From NCBI GenBank assembly GCA_040381655.1, contig JBEIGW010000001.1, positions 1 to 37,312 of the forward strand: a stretch of 37,312 bases of DNA, read 5' to 3'. The stretch comes from Deltaproteobacteria bacterium. GTDB lineage: Bacteria > Bdellovibrionota_B > Oligoflexia > Oligoflexales > RGVZ01. A model generated the notes under the pieces. The model did not search any database, had not been told where the DNA came from, and was given only the letters and a program-made list of their open reading frames with translations. Positions 10,401-17,312 of this stretch are shown here, one piece after another. The stretch's first letter is position 1. The number at the start of each line of letters is the position of its first letter. Position numbers and translations under genes: made by a program.

Positions 10401-10583
10401 GTGGACTCGATCTCGAAGTTCGCCGTCTATAATGATTGGGCGGGTCGATCAGTATCCGGGTTGGCAAGGATTCAGGGTCAAAAAATCAGTTACGAAGACG
10501 TTGCACTCATTCCTGATTTCGTTGGATCGGAGGTTCCGGCTCCTGTTGCTCAGGCGGTTACCGCAACAAAGGCAGGTGAATAA
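7446..10583 (+). CDS. Large secreted TPR-repeat protein (GltD/AgmU-like)
   Basis: 1045 aa. Signal peptide ...MSQAFA/EY. Many TPR units (AGEAYFQLGDFFFEKKDFKNATNNYKQALRY, WSLFKLGWCSYNLGNYPESLALWKR, etc.). GAGGAA RBS. Confidence 0.6.
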   Translation: MFAKVHLGAALILVLIMSQAFAEYAQADARTKNHREVNLSTVESKKREKGTAEKASGPSMGRGEAFVVATEGKLSSEIKKTIEFYKRTERTLPPKSSARLQMLERLVNLYLESAVYEANAEFRRYDQAYANWVRAGGKGKSPAVDNSASKNTWKQVSSTSAYVMRQFPNTRNSDVLMFNQGLALQYLGQDKQSAQVYSDLIQKYPNSEKAGEAYFQLGDFFFEKKDFKNATNNYKQALRYKTSRGYGWSLFKLGWCSYNLGNYPESLALWKRTVDVAISSRQKGSDQLKEEALKDMIFAWVEMKTVDQAITYYRQHGGEKYIGKFLSQLGDQLVYIGKFNDAIRIYKRYQSMFPNAPDTPDMQKDVISLYYDINRFSEVWKELDAFPRMYGSGSSWAAANKGEQGLVENTQIKIKDTIIYYAKVLHKAGQKDDDVGTYAEAIRGYQLFLKYYPNSKEMPEVKFNMADIMFVQQKYRESGKLYLEVAALGKDKAVQLIPPGNKVVSLHKDAARYMLDSYGLMFEPVYKVMLKRTPDFSKPPRPLPQSATDYVQACSEYGKWYPEDKKAAKECDIYVTAIYYRYADKDKSKKLLFNIAQKYPNEKIGPEAVEWLIPLYTGDTKSLVQIADNLLKQPAYQKGKLGEKLRDLRRGAEIDEIKKIGDVAKRAKAFEDQARKNPKSADADKLFYNAAVDYIKAGMVAQGIAAYGIVVKNYPKSEGYQEALLQLAKLSDKRLEFPTAASYYLAYAAKFPKDKQAESGIGRACVLQVAMSDERAVQTCLNLAKFDAEGAKGLFDRMIREAEYSKNYAKMQKLIAKNYLKFNLSADERIIAFHRIYDAANGKGAAGQQAAREILGAYKSAGGKVGSEASRYVGEIVFNNVNSIMPKYAAIKLVGGNVDKLAASIQKKVAGIPAVDKAYEQVTATKDAFWGVAALYQMGYARELLANELDNPPAIAGASVEDVKKQLAPQVQQARVEAKKFYQFAVDSISKFAVYNDWAGRSVSGLARIQGQKISYEDVALIPDFVGSEVPAPVAQAVTATKAGE

Positions 10584-11731
10584 TGCGAACAACTGGAACG
10601 ATATCGTTTTTGCCCGCTAAATTATTAATCTTGTTGCTTTGGCCCTGGGTGAACGTAGGTTGCTCTGGTGACAAGCGAGAGAAGAAGTCCGAGGAACCTG
10701 TAAGTTCGTCCGCCCCGGCCAGCGGCACTGCTGAAACGCGCGAAGACTCTGGCGCATCGTCTATGACCTCTGAGCGGCGATTTCTGATTAACAGCGTTTC
10801 CAACAATGGACTGACCTCGCGCTCGATCGATAAGGCACGAGCCGCCGATCTGGCTGGGCAATACGGTTCAGGTCGCAGTAAGGACATCAATTCTTTGGCT
10901 GCGGCGATTGCCTCGGGTCGCCTCGCCGGTCAATCTGTAAATGAGGTCATGACCAGTGCTAAGTCCATGGCTGACCTTGAAATGGGGAAGAATATCGAGC
11001 GAGATATCCCTGAAATCGTTCAGTTAGAACTCGGTCTTTCCGGGCTGAATACCGGTCGGCTAGCATTTGCTGAACACTGGTTGGATCCATTAATTAAATC
11101 AAAGAACTCGACAATTCGTGCGTCGGCTATCAATGCCAAAGGCGTGATTGCCATTCGAATGGGTCGTATCCCCGAGGCCGTCGCCATGTTCAAGGAGGCT
11201 CTCTCTGCAAATAATGAATATCGTCCTGCTCTCCTGAACCTTGGGTTTCTAGCTCTTCAGGGCGGTGATGTCACGACCGCAAAGCGTGCACTTGGTGGGA
11301 TGCAAGATGATTGGTACGTGGAATCGGCTCTGGTCTCAGTACTGCGCCTTGAGGGTGAAAGCGACAAGGCAGACACAATCTGTGAAAAGGTTCTTTCGAA
11401 ACGTCCGCGACATAAGCCGACTCTCATAAATTGCGGTATTAACGCTTGGCAGGGTAAAAAAGACTATAAGAAGGCTAAGGATTATCTCAATAAAGCCTTA
11501 TCAGTTGCCGGCGGACTCGCTGTTTGGGACGAAAAAACCGGTCGACTCCTAGGGGCAATCGACACCGAAGAGACGAGGGCCGCTCAGCTCAAGGCCCGCA
11601 AGGAAGACGAGGAGCGCAAAGCCAAGGCCGAGGCGGCTAAGGCTAAGTCAGAGGCTCCAGCAAAAGAGTCCCCAAAGGATTCGGCGGGTGAGCAGTCCAA
11701 ACAAGAAGCGGGGGGCAAGGGGGCCCAATAA
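10583..11731 (+). CDS. TPR-repeat protein, probable lipoprotein, with a Lys/Glu/Ala-rich C-terminal tail
   Basis: 382 aa. TAATG overlap with the upstream stop. Hydrophobic leader ending ...WVNVGC/SGDK (imperfect lipobox). TPR units (EAVAMFKEALSANNEYRPALLNLGFLALQGGD). Tail KARKEDEERKAKAEAAKAKSEAPAKE. Confidence 0.55.
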   Translation: MRTTGTISFLPAKLLILLLWPWVNVGCSGDKREKKSEEPVSSSAPASGTAETREDSGASSMTSERRFLINSVSNNGLTSRSIDKARAADLAGQYGSGRSKDINSLAAAIASGRLAGQSVNEVMTSAKSMADLEMGKNIERDIPEIVQLELGLSGLNTGRLAFAEHWLDPLIKSKNSTIRASAINAKGVIAIRMGRIPEAVAMFKEALSANNEYRPALLNLGFLALQGGDVTTAKRALGGMQDDWYVESALVSVLRLEGESDKADTICEKVLSKRPRHKPTLINCGINAWQGKKDYKKAKDYLNKALSVAGGLAVWDEKTGRLLGAIDTEETRAAQLKARKEDEERKAKAEAAKAKSEAPAKESPKDSAGEQSKQEAGGKGAQ

Positions 11732-11758
11732 AGTTGACCTCTGCTTTAATGGCTTGCA

Positions 11759-11787
11759 TTGGTGTATGGCATAACTTGTGGGATAAT
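11759..11787 (+). promoter_or_regulatory. Candidate internal promoter with an extended -10 upstream of the FHA/TonB-like gene
   Basis: TTGGTG (11759-11764), 17-nt spacer ending in TGg, then GATAAT (11782-11787). Located in the only sizeable gap (135 nt) of the operon. Confidence 0.3.
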
Positions 11788-11872
11788 ATAACGAAAGTTT
11801 AGTTTTATTTGTGCGATTGTGGATTCAGAATCAGACTAAATAATTTTATGTGTTTCCTAGAAAAGGTTGCAA

Positions 11873-14098
11873 ATGGCGTTTGAGTTGCGATTCCAGGTGC
11901 CGGGACAGCTACCCCGCACAATTCCTGCCGACCAATCACGAATGATGATCGGGACGTTGCTCTCGAATCATGTCGTTTTGCGTGCGCCCGGCGTTGATCC
12001 GATTCATGCTCTCATCGAAGAAGTCGAAGCTGGAAAGTGGATCGTTACTGACGTTGGTAGTGAAACTGGCGTCAAGGTTAATGGCGTGCTCATTGATGTT
12101 GAAGCCTCTCTAAAAGTTGGCGATAAAATTTCCGTCGGAAGTGTCGTGCTTGAATTTGCTGAGCAAACGCAAGTCATACCTCCACCTCCTGTTCCAGGTA
12201 TAGGCGCGACGATTCCTGCTCCGGCTAATGTCACGTCAGCAACATCCGCAAAGACGGATGTGAGGGTCAGCGCCGACAAACTCCGCACGCCAGCGGCCAG
12301 TGTTCCCCCACAGACAAACCCCAAAGTCAGCGCCGAAGGTAGAGCAACAGTTCGTCAAGAGGCCCCGTCTGAGGCGCTCGAACGTCGCGTTCAGAAAAAC
12401 GTGCTGTTCCACCCGCGCGATGCAGTTCCCAAAGGTGATACTTTAGAGGTCGTCGCTTATTGGGGCGATACTGTGCTGGATGTTGATCTCTTCCATCCAA
12501 GTTTTAAGAAGTTTGATCATGTGACGATTGGCGTGACCCCGATTGCGCATTTTATTGCTGCAGGTGAAGAGCATTTCGTAAAACACAACCTCGTCAGATT
12601 TAGTTCGAGTGGCGGCTATAAACTTAAACTCCTGAACGGAATGGATACGCGTATCCGACGTGGGGGTAAGGTCGAGAAAATCGACGGTCAAGCCAGCGTG
12701 TCTTTGGACCGTAGGGATATCGCACACATAAAGTTCGGTAGTGTTCGCTATTTTATGCTTTTCGTTAATCCGCCAGAAATTGTCTTGGAGCGTTCTGGTC
12801 CTCGAGATCCCCTTATTGCCTGGTTAACAATTGCGGGCATGCTTTTATATTTTCTGGTAATCCCGTCGCTTTGGATGTCGACTCCGAAGAAAGAGGCGCC
12901 TGAGGAAAACGAAATTTTTGAAATCGTACAGGTGCCTGAGGAGCAAAAACCACCCGAGCCAAAACCACCAGAACCCAAAAAGCCGGAAGTGAAGGTTGAA
13001 GAGAAAAAGGATCCACCCAAGACTCCTAAGCCACCTCCACCGCCGAAACCAAAACCAGTGACGCCGGCTAAGCCAATCGAAAAAGAAAAGGTTGAGCAGC
13101 CGAAACCTGTTGAAAAGCCGGTTGAGAAACCGAAGCCCATGGAGGCTTTGCAACAAAAACCAACACCACCTGCTCCTACTCCGCAAAAGGCGCAAGATGG
13201 AAAACCTGGAGACCCAGCGAAGACGAATTTATCGAGCCTCAGTAAAGCAACGGCTGGTATGGAGTCAACTGGAGCTAAGAAGCCGGACTTTAAATATGCA
13301 GGTGAAAAAAATAACAAACCTCTCGGTGCCGCTGGTGGTCCAAAAGGTTCTGGTAACAATCAGACCGGTGGAGCGATCAAGGGTAAGGAGAGTTTTAGTG
13401 TCCAGGGCGTTGAGGGGCCAAAAAACAATAAGGCGTCCGGTGTCAATTTGGACAAGCTTGGACTTGGAGTTGGAAAGGTCTTGAATAAGACTGGTCCGGG
13501 CGCGATCCAAACGAATTTCCGAAGTGATGTCGGTGGTGCTGGCGGTGGTGCTGGATCAGGCTCCAAAACCTACGGTATGGGCGGCGCAGGCAACGGTAAA
13601 TCTCTTGGTCTTGCAGGTGCAGGCGGTGCTGCCAATAATTTCGGATCTGGATCGGGCGGTGATGGATCGGGTCAGGGTGGAAGTGGTGGTTTTGGCGGCT
13701 CTGGTGGCGGACCAGGTTTTGGAACTGGCGGTGCCGGTAAGGGCGGCGCTGGAGGCCATGGCCGAGCAAATGTGACCATTCCCCCGGGTGATCCGACCTA
13801 CTCCGGCGGTCTGACGGCTCAGGAGATTATGGCGGTGATTCGCGCCCACTTAAACGAAATTCGCCACTGTTATGAGCAGCTGCTTCAGCGCTCTCCAAGT
13901 GCTTCGGGAAAGATAGCAGTCAGCTTTGTCATTGGTTTGTCTGGTGGCGTGACTCGCGTTGGTGTCCAAGAAGCAACACTTAACGACTCTGTGATGAGAG
14001 GTTGTGTGACCGGACGAATACAGCGCTGGACGTTCCCGAAGCCAAGAGGTGGACAGCCAGTTGACGTGAGCTATCCATTCGTCTTCAACCCGCTTTAA
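11873..14098 (+). CDS. FHA-domain / single-TM / Pro-rich / Gly-rich protein with an AgmX/PglI-type TonB_C-like C-terminal domain (GltG/PglI-like)
   Basis: I take the ATG at 11873 (AAAAGG 6 nt upstream) rather than the TTG at 11867. N-terminal FHA-like segment MMIGTLLSNHVVLRAPGVDPIHALIEE...WIVTDVGSETGVKVNG. TM LIAWLTIAGMLLYFLVIPSLW. Pro/Lys/Glu-rich spacer at 12932-13221, Gly-rich tract at 13528-13765. C-terminal LTAQEIMAVIRAHLNEIRHCYEQLL...GCVTGRIQRWTFPKPRGGQPVDVSYPFVFNP. Confidence 0.75.
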   Translation: MAFELRFQVPGQLPRTIPADQSRMMIGTLLSNHVVLRAPGVDPIHALIEEVEAGKWIVTDVGSETGVKVNGVLIDVEASLKVGDKISVGSVVLEFAEQTQVIPPPPVPGIGATIPAPANVTSATSAKTDVRVSADKLRTPAASVPPQTNPKVSAEGRATVRQEAPSEALERRVQKNVLFHPRDAVPKGDTLEVVAYWGDTVLDVDLFHPSFKKFDHVTIGVTPIAHFIAAGEEHFVKHNLVRFSSSGGYKLKLLNGMDTRIRRGGKVEKIDGQASVSLDRRDIAHIKFGSVRYFMLFVNPPEIVLERSGPRDPLIAWLTIAGMLLYFLVIPSLWMSTPKKEAPEENEIFEIVQVPEEQKPPEPKPPEPKKPEVKVEEKKDPPKTPKPPPPPKPKPVTPAKPIEKEKVEQPKPVEKPVEKPKPMEALQQKPTPPAPTPQKAQDGKPGDPAKTNLSSLSKATAGMESTGAKKPDFKYAGEKNNKPLGAAGGPKGSGNNQTGGAIKGKESFSVQGVEGPKNNKASGVNLDKLGLGVGKVLNKTGPGAIQTNFRSDVGGAGGGAGSGSKTYGMGGAGNGKSLGLAGAGGAANNFGSGSGGDGSGQGGSGGFGGSGGGPGFGTGGAGKGGAGGHGRANVTIPPGDPTYSGGLTAQEIMAVIRAHLNEIRHCYEQLLQRSPSASGKIAVSFVIGLSGGVTRVGVQEATLNDSVMRGCVTGRIQRWTFPKPRGGQPVDVSYPFVFNPL

Positions 14099-14131
14099 GT
14101 GATCGTTTCATAGTCATCAAGATTTATCACA

Positions 14132-14157
14132 GGAGATCTCCTCAAAAGGAGATCTCT
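14132..14157 (+). terminator. Hairpin after the operon's last gene; candidate terminator with a weak U-tract
   Basis: GGAGATCTCC (14132-14141), loop TCAAAA, GGAGATCTCT (14148-14157): a 10-bp stem including one G.U pair. Followed only by TTCGTC. Confidence 0.45.
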
Positions 14158-14242
14158 TTCGTCATCAGGTGCCTTGCGAAATCGTGCCGCATTCAGTAAC
14201 CTAGAGGTTTCGCCTTTCTTAGCTAGCCTGGGGAGATATGTC

Positions 14243-15031
14243 TTGGTTCAACGACCGTTGTTTTTAATCAGTAACGATGACGGCGTGCACGCGCCAGGTG
14301 TCAGGGCCATGGCAGCGGCCGTTAGAGAACTAGGGGACGTCGTAATTGTCGCTCCCCACGTGGAAAGATCGGCGTCTAGTCATGCAATTTCCATTCATCT
14401 ACCTTTGAGAATTGAGCAAGTAGAGCCAAATATCTATGCAGTTGAGGGGACTCCCGCCGATTGCATCATGTTGGCTATCAGAAAGCTCCTCAGACGAAAG
14501 CCGACCTGGGTGTTGAGCGGCATCAACCGGGGTGCTAACCTAGGAGTAGACACCATTTATTCTGGAACGGTCGGAGCAGCCATGGAGGGGACGTTGCACA
14601 ACATTCCCTCAATTGCAGTGTCGACATACGGTAAAGCCAGGGAGCACCTCCACTACGAGTCGGCTTGTCAGGTTGTTCGAATGTTACTCAGCAAGGCGGA
14701 TCTCTTTAGTGAGGTCACCAAAACGTCCTTACTGAACGTTAATGTGCCCAACCTGCCCTTTGAAAAGTTGCGGGGAATGGTCGTCACGAGTCTCGGTCGA
14801 AGAATTTATGAAGACGAGATGCAAGAGGGGGTCGACCCTCGAGGACGAGCCTACTATTGGGTGGGCGCTGGAGGCGAGATGTTTGAAGATATTCCCAACT
14901 CGGACTGCGTAATGCTAGAGCAAGGTTATGTCACTGTATCTGTGCTGCGCCCAAGTTTTATTGATGAAAGGGGCAATGCAGCTATTGAGAAGAGTTTTGC
15001 AGGAGTTTTTGACAACTCCTTTGGGTCATGA
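14243..15031 (+). CDS. surE: 5'/3'-nucleotidase SurE
   Basis: LFLISNDDGVHAPGV, SGINRGANLG and YSGTVGAAMEG motifs. I prefer the TTG at 14243 (GGGGAG 7 nt upstream), which gives the usual short N-terminus. The ORF is open from 14174. Confidence 0.88.
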   Translation: MVQRPLFLISNDDGVHAPGVRAMAAAVRELGDVVIVAPHVERSASSHAISIHLPLRIEQVEPNIYAVEGTPADCIMLAIRKLLRRKPTWVLSGINRGANLGVDTIYSGTVGAAMEGTLHNIPSIAVSTYGKAREHLHYESACQVVRMLLSKADLFSEVTKTSLLNVNVPNLPFEKLRGMVVTSLGRRIYEDEMQEGVDPRGRAYYWVGAGGEMFEDIPNSDCVMLEQGYVTVSVLRPSFIDERGNAAIEKSFAGVFDNSFGS

Positions 15032-15069
15032 TGGTGCGCCTAATTCGCCAAACTGTGGAGAGACGACTT

Positions 15070-15948
15070 ATGCCACGTAAATCACTGCTCGCGTTTGTTG
15101 CATCGCTTATGGTGGCATCTGGTTGCGCGACGGTGAATTCCGGCGTGGATCAGCGTGACCGTATCGTACTCGTGAAAGTTAAGAAAAATGACACCTTAAA
15201 CATGATTGCCAAACGCCATGACACCACATGGCAGTCCATTGCCATACTTAACCGAGAACAACTGACCAATGGCTTACGAGAGGGTCAAGAGTTGAGGGTC
15301 AAAAGTGGAAGTACCTACCTGGGTAGCGTGGACTCCGTCGGCGCCGGTTCACAGGCTGATATGGAACACGGGGATGAGTCTGATGACTTTCTCCCTAAAC
15401 GCAAACGTGGACTATTTTTTTCGCCGTCTTCCGCGGAGCCGCCAGCTCTTATGATGCCAGCTCCAGGTCGTGTTTCAAGCCGCTTTGGTAAGCGTGGGAG
15501 ACGATTACACAAGGGTATTGATATCGTGGCCAACGTAGGCACGCCGATCGTGGCGTCTGCTGACGGTGAAGTTATTTTTGCGGGCCGTCAGCGAGGCTAT
15601 GGATCAACCGTGGTGATCGATCACGGGGAGTTTATGACGCTTTATGCTCATGCCAGTAAAATCATTGCTCGCACCGGTGATGTGGTCAAGCAAGGCGATT
15701 TTATCGCAAAAGTGGGAAAAACTGGAAACGCACGCGGAGCCCATTTGCACTTTGAATTACGCGATCGGGACAACAAACCGCTCAATCCTACCCAGCATTT
15801 TCGCGTCGTGAATATAGCCCAATCCGATGCGTCACTTCGTACATCCGAGGAAGCGTCCAATCGGCTCAAGGGTAAATCGGCGAAAAATACGCGTCGACAG
15901 GCTCGCCAAGGTCGGGGTAAGAAGCGACTTTTATACGCTAAGGACTAA
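15070..15948 (+). CDS. LysM + M23 metallopeptidase lipoprotein (NlpD-like murein hydrolase activator)
   Basis: Lipoprotein-type leader MPRKSLLAFVASLMVASG/C. LysM segment VKVKKNDTLNMIAKRHDTTWQSIAILN. M23 motifs HKGIDI, GYGSTVVIDHG and GAHLHFEL. An alternative ATG at 15028 overlaps the surE stop (ATGA). Confidence 0.85.
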   Translation: MPRKSLLAFVASLMVASGCATVNSGVDQRDRIVLVKVKKNDTLNMIAKRHDTTWQSIAILNREQLTNGLREGQELRVKSGSTYLGSVDSVGAGSQADMEHGDESDDFLPKRKRGLFFSPSSAEPPALMMPAPGRVSSRFGKRGRRLHKGIDIVANVGTPIVASADGEVIFAGRQRGYGSTVVIDHGEFMTLYAHASKIIARTGDVVKQGDFIAKVGKTGNARGAHLHFELRDRDNKPLNPTQHFRVVNIAQSDASLRTSEEASNRLKGKSAKNTRRQARQGRGKKRLLYAKD

Positions 15949-16079
15949 AGTTTATACACGTCTTTGGATGTAACCTGTTGAAATTTAAGCTTTGACCTCT
16001 TTCGCTTGACATGCATGCCAAGGTGCGATTTGTTCCGTCTCAACAAAGTGAATGAATCTCTATCTTGGATGTGTACTAG

Positions 16080-16520
16080 ATGCTGACTGATCGCACTATA
16101 TCAAGCCGTATTCGCCACCTTCGAGCTCTTGACGGGGCGTCAAAAGATAATAATTTAACCGAGGCTGGACCCGGTGAGATCATCGTGGTTGGTTTGGGTG
16201 ACCGCATGGTGATTTCTGAGCAGGCGGAGGTTTGGACTATTCGAGGCGTTCTAAGTGATGGCCGTGTTTTGGAAGACGCTGTTGGTGAGATTTCATTTGT
16301 TATGATCCCCGGCCAATTTCAACCGGCAACAGCGGTGGTCGGGTTTATTGCACCGCATGCTCCACACGTTTTAGGAATCAGTGAAGATACGATTTGGCCA
16401 CAGTTACGGGCAATGATTTCTCAGCTGGGCTATGATCTTGACGGCTTTTACGTTTCAATGTCGATTAATGGTCGTCCATTCAACCGTCGCGAAATAGCGG
16501 ATAACAGCAAGGGCCGCTAA
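16080..16520 (+). CDS. Hypothetical protein with no recognisable motif
   Basis: 146-aa ORF with ordinary composition, flanked by non-coding DNA on both sides. No signal peptide or TM segment is evident. Confidence 0.4.
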   Translation: MLTDRTISSRIRHLRALDGASKDNNLTEAGPGEIIVVGLGDRMVISEQAEVWTIRGVLSDGRVLEDAVGEISFVMIPGQFQPATAVVGFIAPHAPHVLGISEDTIWPQLRAMISQLGYDLDGFYVSMSINGRPFNRREIADNSKGR

Positions 16521-16596
16521 CTTAGCGGTTCGTCTACTGTATTTATACAGCCTAAAATCAATAGATTTCGTGCAACCCATTCTGAGTGTGCGCAAT

Positions 16597-17064
16597 TTAT
16601 TGCTTTATACTGTCAGGTCGAAGAAAGAAAAGGGGTATTCTCGAGCTGAACTCGGCCCCTTTGACAGTTTGGAAATGGTACCAACCTCGCATATTACCGG
16701 TTGGTGTTCTTAGCGGACAGCCACTCGTATACTGATAGCTCTGGCCCGGTTGTATCCAAGGCTGTTCACCAACAACACCGTCACCCTCAACCGTATCGAG
16801 AAACCCCGAGCCATCCGTAATTAACCATGTTCTGCCTAGCAGCTGAACCGGTACGGTTGCGCCATTCGTTATTGTGACATGGTATGCATACGAGAAAAAG
16901 AATTGATCGGGGCTCGATCTTTCAGGAAGAAATTCAGGAACCACACGGACGGTAATATCATTTGACGTGACTTGCCATCCGAAAAGACCATCTGGCCTCT
17001 TCTCGCCAAGAGTGCTTCCTATGGTGGGCTGGGTCGACTGACTATGTGAATCGGTATTTTGCAA
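16597..17064 (-). CDS. apaG: ApaG (DUF525) family protein
   Basis: ITVRVVPEFLPERSSPDQFFFSYAYHVTITN...WLITDGSG...VEGDGVVGEQPWIQPGQSYQYTSGCPL...G.MRGWY matches the ApaG fold signature. It has a 35-aa N-terminal extension compared with typical ApaG, so the start is uncertain. Confidence 0.8.
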   Translation of the reverse strand: MQNTDSHSQSTQPTIGSTLGEKRPDGLFGWQVTSNDITVRVVPEFLPERSSPDQFFFSYAYHVTITNGATVPVQLLGRTWLITDGSGFLDTVEGDGVVGEQPWIQPGQSYQYTSGCPLRTPTGNMRGWYHFQTVKGAEFSSRIPLFFLRPDSIKQ

Positions 17065-17245
17065 CGGCTCGCCTCTTAAGGTTCATTCGATGAGTTGACC
17101 TTCTCACCCATGTTCTGCCAAAAAATACCGTTACCTGTCGACAATAAAAGCGGGCGAGCCTTGCGGCGAATTGCACTAAAACGCCTAATTGACCCCAAAA
17201 GCGCAAGATCCGACCAAAAATTCTACTGTGGTCGATGAATTTTGA

Positions 17246-17294
17246 ATAAAAAAACACGCTTCGGTCTCGTCTTTCGATCGGACCAAAGCGTGTT
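17246..17294 (-). terminator. Rho-independent terminator of the KR-ACP-DH-KS-KSlike-reductase operon
   Basis: On the minus strand, AACACGCTTTGGTCC...GACCGAAGCGTGTT forms a stem of about 13 bp with one mismatch, followed by TTTTTTTTATT. It lies 19 nt after the reductase stop. Confidence 0.8.
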
Positions 17295-17312
17295 GGGGCT
17301 ATTATCTACAAA

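Noticed and set aside
12748-13849. Cluster of overlapping minus-strand and alternative-frame ORFs, and apparent DNA repetitiveness, in 12748-13849. I considered a tandem-repeat or CRISPR-like element.
   Set aside because: The periodicity comes from in-frame Pro/Lys/Glu-rich and Gly-rich low-complexity coding sequence of the FHA/TonB-like protein. There are no regularly spaced identical repeats with unique spacers.
16535-16552. Short palindrome CTGTATTTATACAG between the convergent 146-aa ORF and apaG, considered as a bidirectional terminator.
   Set aside because: The stem is only 5-6 bp with an AT-rich loop of 2-4 nt and no flanking T/A runs. It is too weak to call.
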